From Octopus sinensis (taxonomy: Eukaryota): DNA of 64,000 bases. Under the pieces are notes generated by a model. It was given only the letters and a program-made list of their open reading frames with translations. It made no database searches and was not told where the DNA came from. Below are positions 27,777 through 40,912 of the stretch, in pieces. Positions within the stretch are counted from its first letter, which is position 1. Each line of letters starts with the position of its first letter. The stretch covers positions 9,926 through 73,925 of the forward strand of contig NW_021833706.1 in the NCBI RefSeq assembly GCF_006345805.1, given 5' to 3'. The position numbers and the translations under genes are program-made.

Positions 27777-28556
27777 TCAATATTTACTACACACAACGCA
27801 GGTTAATTCTCGACCATTGACATACGGTGGACATGGCAATGAACCACAAGCAGCCTGAACGAAATATAATACAGCTCCGTCTTCGTTTCTGTAACCTGCT
27901 GGATCAGCTTCTGGTGCATAGTCCATACACACATATTCAAGTCTGCTCTTATGTCCGTTATGCTCGGTCATCAAATATCCCGAATACTCAGCTTTCCAAC
28001 CAGCGTAACACTTTGTCCTGGCTGGTAACATCATAACAACAGCAGGTTGTCGTGTCAAACAGACAGCGCACGGAATGTTGTGGTCATGAATTCATTCAGC
28101 GTTAGCAAAAGAAAAGAGTTTATTAGTTGGGTATAAGTCTAATTGATATTCACTGCCATAAATGTAACCACCTTTTTCAACTTCTGTCGTATAATTTGCC
28201 CAAATGGGGTCGTTAGGTAAACACAAGAGATTACTTCCGCCTCCAGTTTGGGTATAATGTTGTCCACCAACCACACCTAGAATTGGTAAGAATAAATCAA
28301 GTAAAAAACATATTAAGCAAAATTATATATGAAATAACGGATACATTCATTACAATTTTTCATTTAAAGGAAGTCATGTTTAATAACGTGTGGACGAATT
28401 GTGGTGTATATATGATAGTGTTTATGTAAGTGTAAGCTGTGTGTTGCTGAATCGCAGCTGTACATTTACCTTCTCATCATATATATATATATATATCGTA
28501 ATAAGCAACAAGTATATCCAGAAGTAATGCGGTACGTTTGTTTCATGCAACTCCAT

Positions 28557-28607
<51 letters not shown>

Positions 28608-31600
28608 GTTGTGTGTATACGAGTAAGTATTTGTGGTTGCGACGTGGATTATTATTTATGTTTGCATGGGGTAGATGTTTTTCGGTGGATGTCAATAGAT
28701 GGAGAAAAAGAAAGATATTTTATAACGCATGCACTCGTGTTTATCCGAAATGGTAAAGATATTCTTGTGTGAACGGGGATATTTAGGGTGGTGGAAATTG
28801 TTGGTGACTTGAGTAGGACAATACGGGAGACGACGAGATGCAGAGAAGTGGTGGGTAACCGTCGATGAAATGTTGTTCAGTCGATCATACGAGAGTCAGT
28901 GGCTAAACCTCTCGTTTAGACTCGGACGAATCAGGCTTACATAGACGTTATGATCACACAGACGTTATTTCATGCAATACACAGAAACGAGGTGGGAGGA
29001 AAAATTGTGAGGTTCAGTAATGGCGTAGTGCTTAAGATGAATGGACGGCGGAGTGGGCGACCGATAAAGGATACGTGTAGGGTTTATAGAGAGCAGATTC
29101 AGAGCATTTTTAGGGATTGTGAGGTTGATTGGGGAAGAGGTTTGTAGCAGCAGTTTTGAATTGGAAGTTTCGGAATTACCTTACAAAGATATACTGGATA
29201 ATTAATGAGGTGATGTGGTGCATGAAAAGAGCAAGGTTTTAGCGATAGGACGATTTCGGTGAGGCGGAGAAGAATAGAAGTGCATTCTGTACTCTGTTGT
29301 GTTCTCTCACTAATATTTAGTCTCTCTATATTTTACTTAATGAATACAGTCCTTAGCTTTTTCCATCAGTTACAGTATGTAGCTTGTCCAGTCCTCATTG
29401 TACATTGTGCGTTCATTCCATTAACCATTTACAGTCACTGTCATCAATTCTATTAGACTCTATTCAATTTAGCCCACACCTACGATCACTGTGCACTCTA
29501 GTTAATGATAGTCAAGTGGCCACATTTCAGCTCTGGTCACTCACGTACAATACCACCATCCGTAGCCTGTACAATTGATCACCAGTTAGCAGCCTCGGTA
29601 TTTGATATCTACAATCCAAAGCTGGTCAGCCTAAAATTCTTGATCGCCATGGTCGTTTTCAGTCCAGCCCCGATCTGTAATTTAACGTAGAGATATCTAT
29701 ATTCCGTGGTTAGACAACCTCCTTTTCAATTGGTCCGTAGTAGACAACATATAATATTCTGATTTGACCAAATACCTACAAAGGAGTGAGCAGTCTTGTG
29801 TAGTGTCTGTATAGTCTACAGGTATAGTCGTTTGAAACGTGACATACGAGGGACGTTCAATAAGTAATGCCTCTGACCTACTTGCAGTTGTGTGATCTAG
29901 CTGAAATTTTGCATGTGCAATCACTTATATCTCTATAGAGTAAGTGGCAAATTACAGTTTCTGATTTACACGTGTTTGACCTGAGTCAAGTGTGAAATGG
30001 AGCCTGTTGAGTGGCGAGCAGTGATCCGGTTTTTGTATTTGAAAGGACGCACACCACGGAAGACTTTTGATGAAATGAAAGTAACTTATGGTGATGATGC
30101 CCCATCATATGACCTTGTAAAACGCTGGCATAATGAATTCAAACATGGTCGGAACTCTGTGGAAACAGCTCTCAGATATGGTCACCCCCTTCTGCCATTG
30201 ATGAGGCATCTGTCCGTCAAGTTGAGGCTGCCATTTTGGAAGATCGACGCATAACTATTCGCCAAATAGCCCATGAGGTCAAGATTAATACCGGGTCTGT
30301 GGAAACTATCATTCATGACCTTCTGCATATGCAAAAGGTGTCTGCCAAATGGATTCCCAGGTTGCTCACATCTTTCCAGACGCAAGAACGCGTCGAGTGC
30401 TCGAAGATGAATTTGGAGATGTGCCAAGAAGATGAGTCAAAATTTTTCAAAAGTCTGATTACACAGGATGAAAACGGTCCATCACTTTGAACCAGAGACC
30501 AAAGCCCAGTCAATGCAGTGAAAGCACTGTGACTCACCTCCTCCATAGAAGGCAAGGGTGCAGCCCTCCGCTGGTAAGGTCACGCTCACAGTCTTCTGGG
30601 ACCAGGACGGAGTAGTGATGACAGATTTCCTGGCAAAGGGTACCACAATTACAGGAGCCTATTATGCTTCACTTTTGAGGAAATTAAGAGAAGCTATCAA
30701 AATCAAGAGGCGGGGCAAGTTCAACAAAGGTATCCTCCTGCTGCAGGACAACGCTCCGGTCCACAACTCGCGTGTCACCAAATCAGAACCACAGGCATGC
30801 GGCTATGAACTCCTCCCCCATCCCCCTACTCTCCTGACCTTGCATCCTCTGATTTTCACCTCTTCCCAGTCATGAAGTTGTTTTTGAAAGGAAAGCGTTT
30901 CCCAGATGATGCAGCTTTAATTTCTGAAGTCACATCGTGGTTGGAGGACCAAGCTGGGATCTTCTACAAAAACGGTCTCCAGAGCTGCGTCAAACGGTGG
31001 GAGAACTGCGTAACTCTGGGTGGTTTTTATGTAGAAAAAGACTAATAACTGTGCCAAATTTCGTTGCTCTACTGCTAAGGGAAGTGGGTCAGGGGTATTA
31101 CTTATTGAACGGCCCTCGTATCATAAGAGGATTTGAGAATGTTTATGTCGGACAACCCGACAACGGGTGAGTGTGTGTGCATGTGCGTGAGAGAGAGAGG
31201 GTGAGAGAGAAGAGGTCAACAAAGTGTGAATGAGAGGTATAAAAAGAGAACAAGAGAAAAACAAAAAGAGAATGAGAGGTCAGAAATATAAAGTATACTA
31301 ACCGTCATATACAAGGTTTGAGTGATAGACGGAGATATACAGTGATAGATACACACACGCATATATTTGTTTGTATATATATATCTATATATGTTCACGC
31401 ACTAATATATTCATATATATGTATATTTATATATACATATATATGTATATTATATATACAAATATATGTATATGTATATATATGTATATTTAGGTGTGTG
31501 CGCCTGTGTGTTCGTGTGTGATTACGTGTGTGATCTTATGTGTGTGTGTGTGCTCCATAGGAACATATGTACATGGTTCATGCATACATCCTTACATTCA

Positions 31601-31867
31601 TCCATCGATCGGTACGTACATACATCCACACATTAATACATACATACGTAAATGCATACATACATACATGCATATATAAATACATAAAGACATACATATA
31701 TTAACACAAAATCCATGACTTACCGTTCTCGATTTCTCTTCCATTTTTCCTATTCTTGAATCTTGATGAAGAATCACGATCGTCAGAACGAGAAGAACCC
31801 CAAAAGCTATGAGAGAAGAAATGGAATAACGCTGCGAAATATTCCTGGACAGTTGTGCGAAATCCAT
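27777..31867 (-). pseudogene. Copy C: true pseudogene
   Basis: In-frame TCA>TGA at 28092-28094 in exon 4 (27777-28276). Exon 3 is reduced to its last ~19 nt (31303-31321) and exon 2 is absent because of a ~7-kb deletion. Exon 1 (31724-31867) is still open. A mariner sits in intron 3. Confidence 0.9.
29847..31118 (+). mobile_element. Full-length (1272 bp) mariner transposon, DD34D, defective transposase
   Basis: TIRs CGAGGGACGTTCAATAAGTAATGCC and CGAGGGCCGTTCAATAAGTAATACC. TA duplication at 29845-46 and 31119-20, with the empty site gacaTAtcata in B, D and E (gacaTAtcgta in A). Transposase fragments MEPVEWRAVIRFL..., ITQDE, LLLQDNAPVH...YSPDLASSDFHLF give 34 residues between the last two Asp. 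Frameshifts and stops present. Confidence 0.95.
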
Positions 31868-32639
31868 TCTGGTGACAGTTGTCGGTCGTACGTGATACTT
31901 CGTGTGGCTTCAACAAAAGATCGAGATGCGAGGTTTAAGCTGAAGACCTGTAACTGAATTCCACGTATTTATTGAGCGCACAACAACCCAGCTCTGGCAT
32001 AGATCTTATCGTAAATTTATGAACCAATGCGATTGGTGGAACTGTAAAAGCGGGTGTGAACTTGTCTGACAGGTTTAATTATTGGAAAGAGATGGTTTGA
32101 TATTGTCACACAATAATTAGCAAAATATTTTGATGAATGAGAGACACGTGTAAAGTGAAATGATTCCTGTTTCTGGATATATTATGATATATTTATTTAC
32201 TAATGTTGTTATTCTTGGGAAACTGTTTTAATATTCAGTGTGGGAAGTATTTCGTTCAACCAACAAATACACAGACACACGCACACACACCGACACACAC
32301 ACTGAAACACACACACACACACACACACGCACACACTGACACACACACACCAACAAAACACTGACACACACACACACACACACTAACAAACAGACACACA
32401 CACACACACACACTGACACACACACACACACTCAAACATAGACACACACACTGACACACACACTGACACACACACACTGACAAACACACATACATTGGCA
32501 TAAACACACACTCACACACACACACACTAACGCACACACATACACAAACAATCACACACACACACGCACACTAACACACATACACACTGACAAACACACA
32601 CACACACACACTCACACACATACACACATACTCACACAC

Positions 32640-35517
32640 TGTTTTAATATTCAGTGTGGGAAGTATTTCGTTCAACCCACACAGTAATCGCAAGACTTAG
32701 TCTAATGAAGTCCGCTGTTCGGATTGGATTCTTCACAACAAGCGTTAATCGGATTAGAAAAGTTTTATGGGAATATCAAAATCAAAACCTACCAATTCCC
32801 ACCCACCCATACATATATACACACACACATACATACATGCATACATATATACACACATACATACACACATACATACATACACACATACATACACACATGC
32901 TTACATGTATACATACATACACACATACATACACTCATTCTTACATATATACATACATACATACCCCCATACATACAAATATACATACATACACACACAC
33001 ATATGTACATACACACATACATACACACATACATACATACAAACATACATACATACACACACATAGATACATACATACATAGATACATACATGCATACAT
33101 ACATGCATACATACATGCATACATACATGCACACATACATACATATATACATACAAACATACATACATACATACATGCAAACATACATACATACATATAT
33201 ACATACACACATACATACATGCATACATACATGCATACATACACACTCACGTATATACATACATATATACATACATACCCCCATACAAACATATATACAT
33301 ACATACACACAAATATATATACATACATACACACATACATGCACACATACATACATACAAACATACATACAAACACACACATACATACATACATACATAC
33401 ATACATACATACATTACATACATACTTCCATACATACATACATACATACATACATGCACACATACATACACACATACATACACACATACATACATGCACA
33501 CATACATACCCCCATACATATATACATACACACACACACATATGCATACATACAAACATACATACACACATACATACATACATACATACGTACATACATA
33601 CATACATACTTTCATACATACATACATGCATGCATATATGCATACATACATTTATGTATGTATACATGTATGCATGAATATAAGCATGTATATATCGAAT
33701 AGACACATATATACATACATACATACATACATACATACGTACATACATACACACATACTTACATCCATCCATCCATACATACATACATACATACTTGGTG
33801 GCTGCCCCTTCGTTATCGAGTTGGGCCATTGCACGAAGCTTAATCAATGTTGTTATCATGCTATGCCTGTGCATGAAGTTTTTTTTGAAAGCGAGGAAAG
33901 GCTGTGCACTGAGTCTATCCCACTCACTAAGCAACACCAGCCATAATCCGAAAAAAAAACAAGTCAACATCATCGGTAACCACTGAGCCGCAGGTTTTAT
34001 ATCGGAGTTATCCCAGTTACCTGAGGTACCTTCTCCTAGAAGGATGCCCTAACAAAGTCTAGGAGTCCTGCACTCCCAATGGTTTAACCGCGCGATCGGG
34101 TATTCAGTCCGATTATTTCTATGTCCCCGCGAATGATACAGCCTTAAGACATATATTGGATGGCAGTTGACTCTCAAGCGTTCTACCGCCCTTTGACGGG
34201 TTTTGTTTTTCATCCCGCAGGGTGACCAATAAACTCCCTCCTCACCAAACAAGTTTGGTGGGGTTGCCGGTTTAGTCGCCGACGAACCGACAATGCAACA
34301 GGTTGTACTGGGTTACATGTTACCAGTAGCACTCGAAAGTGACCTGAACTACATACATGCATACATACATACATATATACATACATACATATATACATAC
34401 ATACATGCATACATACATACATACATACATGCATACATACATACATACATACATACATACATACATACATACCCCCATACATACATATATACATACATAC
34501 CCCCCATACATACATATATACATACATACATACATACATACCCTCATTCATACATATATAAATACACACACACATATATACATACATACACACATACATA
34601 CACACATACATACATACAAACATACATACACACACACACATACATACATACATACATACATACATACACACATACATACTTTCACACTTACATATATACA
34701 TGCATGCATATATGTATACATACATACATGTATGTATACATGTATACATGCATGTATGTTTGAATATAAGCATGTATATATCGATAGACACATATACACA
34801 TACATATATATACAAACATACTTACATACATACATACATGCATACATACTTACATCCAGCCATCCATACATACATACATACTTGGTGGCTGCCCCCTCGT
34901 TATCGAGTATGGGCATTGCACGATGCTTAATCAACGTCGTTATCTTGCAATGCCTGTGCATGAAGATTTTTTTTTTTATAGTGAGGAAAGGCTGTGAACT
35001 GTGTCAATCCCAGTCACTAAGCAACAGCAGCCATAATCCGAATCGAAGTATAAGTCAACCTCATCGGTAACCACTGAGCCGCAGGTTTTATATCGGAGTT
35101 ATCCCGGTTACCTGAGTTACCTTCTCCTAGAAGGATGCCCTAACAATGTGTAGGAGTCCTTCAATCCCAATGGTTTAACCGCGCGATCGGGTATTCAGTC
35201 CGATTATTTCTATGTCCCCGCGAATGATACAGCCTTAAGACATATTGGATGGCCGTTGATTCTCAAGAGTTCCTCCGCTCTTTGACGGGTTTTGTTTTTC
35301 ATCCCGCAGGGTGTCCAATAAACTCCCTCCTCACCAAGCAAGCTTGGTGGGGTTGCCGGCTTAGTCGCCGACGACCCGACAATGCAACAGGTTGTACTGG
35401 GTTACATGTCACCAGTAGCACTCGAAAGTGACCTGACATACATACATGCATTCATACATACATATATACATACATACATACATACAAACATTCATACATG
35501 CATACATACATACATAA

Positions 35518-35548
<31 letters not shown>

Positions 35549-37500
35549 CATACATACATACATACATACAAACATTTATACATGCATACATACATACATA
35601 CTTACATACATACATATATACATACATACATACATACATACATACATGCATACATACATGCATACATGCATACATGCATACATACATTCATGCATATATA
35701 CATACATACATGCATACATACATACATGCATACATACATACATTCATGCATATATACATACATACATGCATACATACATACATGCATACATACATACATA
35801 CATGCATACCTACTTACATACATGCATACATACATACATACATACATACATACATACATTCATGCATACATACATACATACATACATACATACATACATA
35901 CATGCATACATGCATGCATACATACATACAGACATACATACATGCATACAAAAATATCCTGTTCATGTTGTTGAAATTCCAATGAAAGATACTTGGAACT
36001 AAGTTAGAAGCCGTCTCTCTTTCTGTTGGCCAGAAATATTCTATTAAAACCGAATAATGACATTCATACATATTTTTAGCTAGTCATTATCACTAGCTTT
36101 GAATATGTTTCTTCTTGTTTTATAAATCATAGCAAAACTTACAGGTACAGTGTCTCCCATTCGAAACTCAATTCGCAAGTGCACCTTCCGTATGGACTGC
36201 ATATGTACGACGGAATTCCATAGTTATGATTAAATTTTCTTAGATGAAGCATATTAGACCTCTCAGATATAGTTTGACCTAATTTAATATATATGTGTGC
36301 GTGCGTGTGTGTGTGTGTGTGGTGTGTGTGTGTGTGTGTAACACTCACTGTTTGGCCCTCGAAATAAGGTGAATTTGAAATAAGCTACAAAATAAATCTT
36401 ACAGCCATGTCAGATTTCAACAAAGTCCCATAATTTTTCCTATTGTAATGGCGGGTTGCATATGCAGCTGCGCATGCTCTGTACAGCTTAAACACCTGGC
36501 GGTCGTTTTAACTGTCTAATTATGCCGCTGAATCAAAAGATGAATTTGAAGATCTACCAGCGTCCGTATTCTCTGCAATTGTTTACGATTTACAACCAGG
36601 AAAATATTTGTAATCTGGAGAAGCGAATGCAGATTTACCCATTAGACTAATAATAGTGGGATAGTAAACATTAATAATCTTTAATCTTTATTGCAGCTTG
36701 ATGTTCTTAACCGAACCCTTCTTTTATCTAACAAATATTCGACACACTCCAACATACTGTCATGAATCCTATTGGATATAACGTGACGGTCACAACATCT
36801 CAGCCTTCTTACACACAGCATCCGTGATTGCCCTGACTATATTTGCTCTCTTTACTCTCACTTATATGGGTGTTGTATTCGTTTGGCATTAAATGTATTC
36901 AGCTTCTAGGATCCATCCTTTTTTCGGTTCTGGTATGTTTACGTAGATGAGTGAAAGAAATCGTCGTATTTGATGTTCTCTGCTTTCGAAATGAGGCAAT
37001 TTTTCTGGTTGATTTCATTTCTTATTCTTGTATATCAGCATTTAGTGTATGACGTGTATGTTGTGGGCATCGAGTTTCGTTTTGTATCTTATTTTGAAGA
37101 GAGGTGGGAATTTTGTGATATAGATTTAGGTTGGCAGGACCAATACTCATTTATACTGTCTTTTGAAGGATTGATCGCGTAAATTCCACATTCTCAGAGA
37201 GCTTAATTTGAACATTTTGTGATATTTCTAAAGTAGACGATAAATAGGTTTTATAAGATATGGGGTAGGAATGGAACGGAGAGCTTTCCTGATTAATAAC
37301 GTCAAATAGAATGGATTGTGTGGAAGTATCTGGTTGTTGTTGAAAGAATCAGTTAAGTTCCGTGCGAAGTAATGTAGCGGTTCATGGCTCCTCGTCAGAA
37401 TCCGAGTTGTAATTTGAAAACCAAGATGTCTGAGATAGTAGCGTCGAGTATTAGAAATTCTAAGGCTGTGCATGAAAAGCTGATATAATTCTATGGTGGT
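32640..37500. repeat. Spacer X: (TACA)n arrays with two copies of a ~555-bp retroposon-derived unit (33794-34350, 34880-35436)
   Basis: The whole block recurs from 61490 to the window end with a single unit (62232-62786). The unit contains CCTTCTCCTAGAAGGATGCCCTAACAAAG, resembling (from recall) RTE 5' UTR sequence in reverse orientation. Confidence 0.75.
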
Positions 37501-37837
37501 ACTTTATTTGGGGTTTGTTGAATCATGAGACAGAAGACAAAATACTGTTAAACAAAATAACATTTTATTTCAACGATAAGTTTGATAAACTGAAATCTTA
37601 CAAAATGTTTTCTAGAATCATTTCGACAGATTTAGACTTTTCTTGTTTTTGAGGATATTTCTTGTATTCTACGTCGCCTCTTTTGTATTGTTTGAATATC
37701 TTCTGTAAACTAGTATAACAGTTTATTGTAACGATAGACATACTTTAAAGAAAATATTAGGTAAAACAATTGAAATTTTATGTTATTTATTGTAATTCAC
37801 AGACATATTTTCATATGGAACCGAATTTAATTTCTGT

Positions 37838-38334
37838 TCAATATTTACTGCACACAACGCAGGTTAATTCTTGACCTTCGACATACGGTGGACATGGCAA
37901 TGAACCACAAACAGTCTGAACGAAATATAATAGAGCACCATCTTCGTTTCTGTAACCCGCTGGATCAGCTTCTGGTGCATAATCCACACAAACATATTCA
38001 TGTCTGCCCTTATGATCATAACGCTCGGTCATCAAATATCCTGAATACTCAGTTGACCAACCATCGTAACACTTTGTCCTGGCTGGTAACATCATAACAA
38101 CAGCAGGTTGTCGTGTCAAACAGACAGCGCACGGAACGTTGTGTTGTTGAAGTGATTTAGCGTTAGCAAAAGAAAAGAGATTATTTGAGTAGTGGCCTAA
38201 TTCATATTCACTGCCATGAATGTAACCACCTTCTTCAACTTCAGTCGTATAATTGGCCCAAATGGGATCGTTAGGTAAACACAAGAGATTACTTCCGCCA
38301 CCTGTGTGGTCATAAAATTGTCCACCAACCACAC
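37838..38334 (-). CDS. Copy D coding exon 4 (497 nt): (G)VVGGQFYDHTGGGSNLLCLP...ELTCVVCSKY*, spongin short-chain collagen / collagen IV NC1-like domain
   Basis: Open 164-aa frame in the ORF track with acceptor ttctag|GT GTG. Family motifs GGGSNLLCLP, GSEY, HNVPCAVC, LPARTKC, GYLM, EYVCVD and LPCPPY. Joined exons give 768 nt = 255 aa plus stop. Confidence 0.9.
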
Positions 38335-38540
38335 CTAGAATTGGTAAGAATAAATCAAGTAAAAAAGATATTAAGCAAAATTATATATGAAATAACGGAA
38401 ACATTCGTTACAATTTTTCACTTAAAAGAAGTCATGTTTACTAGCGTGTGAACGAATTGTGGTGTATATATTAGTGTTTATATGAGTGTAAGCTGTGTGA
38501 TGCTGTATGCATGAGAACGTAGCAGTGCATTTGAATTCTC

Positions 38541-38616
<76 letters not shown>

Positions 38617-38621
38617 CAAAG

Positions 38622-39530
38622 TAAGCAACAAGGATATCCAGAGATAATGCAGTACAATTGTTTCATGCAACTCCATTTAATTGAACAATACAATCATTAC
38701 ATCAATTTAAAATTTACAGCAATCTTCAGCTGCATCAATACATAGGATTTAATTAAATTAAAACAGATTGACACATTAGTATAATTATACCTAAAATATC
38801 CAAGAAGTTAAGGAGATACACAAAGAACATGTTTTCTCTACTTCAGCATAGAAGTTAATAAAATTATAAAGAAATTTATGAATACTTACGAATACAAAAA
38901 GTATTCAACCACTCCTATCCTTTTGTTATATTATTCTTCTTAATATTCCTTTGGAAAACCCTAAACTCCAACTGTATTCATAGCAACATTGTTTAAAATA
39001 TTTAACTATAATATATGATAAGACCTTCCGTTTCATTGTCAATAGTCTGCCAGTGTGCGACCCCCTTAATTATCAGCTAACATCTTGTTTTAAGTTTTCC
39101 CTTACTAAACCTCATGGTATTGCTTATAATAATTCTTGATGTTTTTATGACTATACCAACTAGAATGTCTGTCTACCCCCTAAGCCCTCACCCTAACAGA
39201 TACTGCCCTATGTTCTCTCAGCCTTAGATATACAAAGGATTTTTAAACAATTAAAACTGACCCCATAAAGACAAATAATCAGTGGTAAGCTGAGTCTTCT
39301 TGATAATTTTAGTAACTGCTATGCTGAAATAGAGACAACATGTTCTATGTAAAATCTTAGAGATTTTAAGTATAATTATACAAATGTGTCCATCTGTTGT
39401 ATTTTGATTAAATTCTACGTCTTTGTGCAGCTGAAGATTGCTCTAAATTTTAAACTGATGTAATGATTACATTATTGAATTAAATGGAGGTGCATGAAAC
39501 GAACGTACTGCTTATTTTAATCGTTGCTTA
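38622..39530. mobile_element. Same foldback element, copy D
   Basis: Homologous arms and core. The right arm has a small deletion. Confidence 0.8.
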
Positions 39531-40837
39531 TTTAAATTTTAATCACCTTACTTTGAAATTGTATGGATAATGCCGTACTAAATTCTGGAGCCTCAACTTA
39601 AGTACCATATTCATCTGAATCAATATATATATATTATATATATATTATATATATGTAGGTATATGTATATATATGTTGTGTGTATACGGGTAAGTATTTG
39701 GGGATATGACATGGATTATTATGTAAGTTTGCATGGGGAAGTGTATTTGCGTGGATGTTAATAGAAGGAGAAAAAGAAAGGAATTCTGTAACGCATGTAC
39801 ACGTGTTTACCCGAAATGGAAAATTTGTTCACGAGTGAATGGGGATATTTTGGTGATGGAGTCGGCGACCGATAAAATATACGTATAGGATTTATAAAGA
39901 GCAGATTCGGAGCATTTTAAAGGAATGTGAGGTTGACTGGGGAAGCTGTTTGTAGCAGCAGTTTTGAATTGGAAGTTTCGGAATTACCTTACAAAGATAT
40001 ACTGTATAATTAATGAGGTGATGTGGTGCATGAAAAGAGCAAGGTTTTAGCGATAGGACGATTTCGGTGACGCGGAGAAGAATAGAAGTGCATTCTGTAC
40101 TCTGTTGTGTTCTCTCACTAATAATTAATCTCCCTATATTTTACTTAATGAATACAGTCCTTAGCTTTTTCCATCAGTTACAGTATGTGGCTTGTCCAGT
40201 CCTCATTCTACATTGTGTGTTCATTCCATTAACCATTAACAGTCACTGTCATCAATTCTAATAGACTATTTTCAATTTAGCCCACACCTACGATCATTGG
40301 GCACTCTAATTAATGATAGTCACGTGGCCACTTTTCAGCTCTGGTCACTCACGTACAATACCACCATCCGTAGCCAGTACAATTGATCACCAGTTAGCAG
40401 CCTCGGTATTTGATATCTACAATCCAAAGCTGGTCAGCCTGAAATTCTTGATCGCCATGGTGGTTTTCAGTCCAGCCCTGTCTGTAATTTAACGTAGAGA
40501 TATCTATATTCTATGGTTAGACAACATTCTTTTCATTTGGTCCGTAGTAGACAACATATAATATACTGATTTGACCAAATACCTACAAAGGAGTAAGCAG
40601 TCTTGTGTAGTGTCTGTATAGTCTACAGGTATAGACGTTTGAAACGTGACATATCATAAAAGGATTTGAGAATGTCTATGTCAGAAAACCCGAGAAAGGG
40701 TGAGTGTGTGTGCGTGTGCGTGGGAGAGAGTGTTAGAGAGAAAGAGAGGTAACAAAAAGAGAGAATGAGAGGTATAAAAAGAGAAAAAGAGAAGGACAAA
40801 AAGAGAATGAGAGGTCAGAAATATAAAGTATACTAAC

Positions 40838-40912
40838 CGTCATATACAAGGTTTGAATAAGGAGGACAAGTTGTTCTACCCCACCGGGTATACAATGATC
40901 CGAGACCGGGTT
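40838..40912 (-). CDS. Copy D coding exon 3 (75 nt, phase 1 to 1): (K)PGLGSLYTRWGRTTCPPYSNLVYD(G), start of the NC1-like domain
   Basis: Acceptor ttttaatttcgcag| and donor G|GTTAGT. YTRWGRTTCP is the typical N-terminal motif of the spongin/short-chain collagen C4 domain. Intact in B (17197-17271) and E (53076-53150). One nt short in A (3565-3638). Confidence 0.85.

Noticed and set aside
36345-37480. TIR-like CACTGTTTGGCCCTCG and LINE-like ORFs in distal spacer X
   Set aside because: No partner TIR and no recognisable protein motif.
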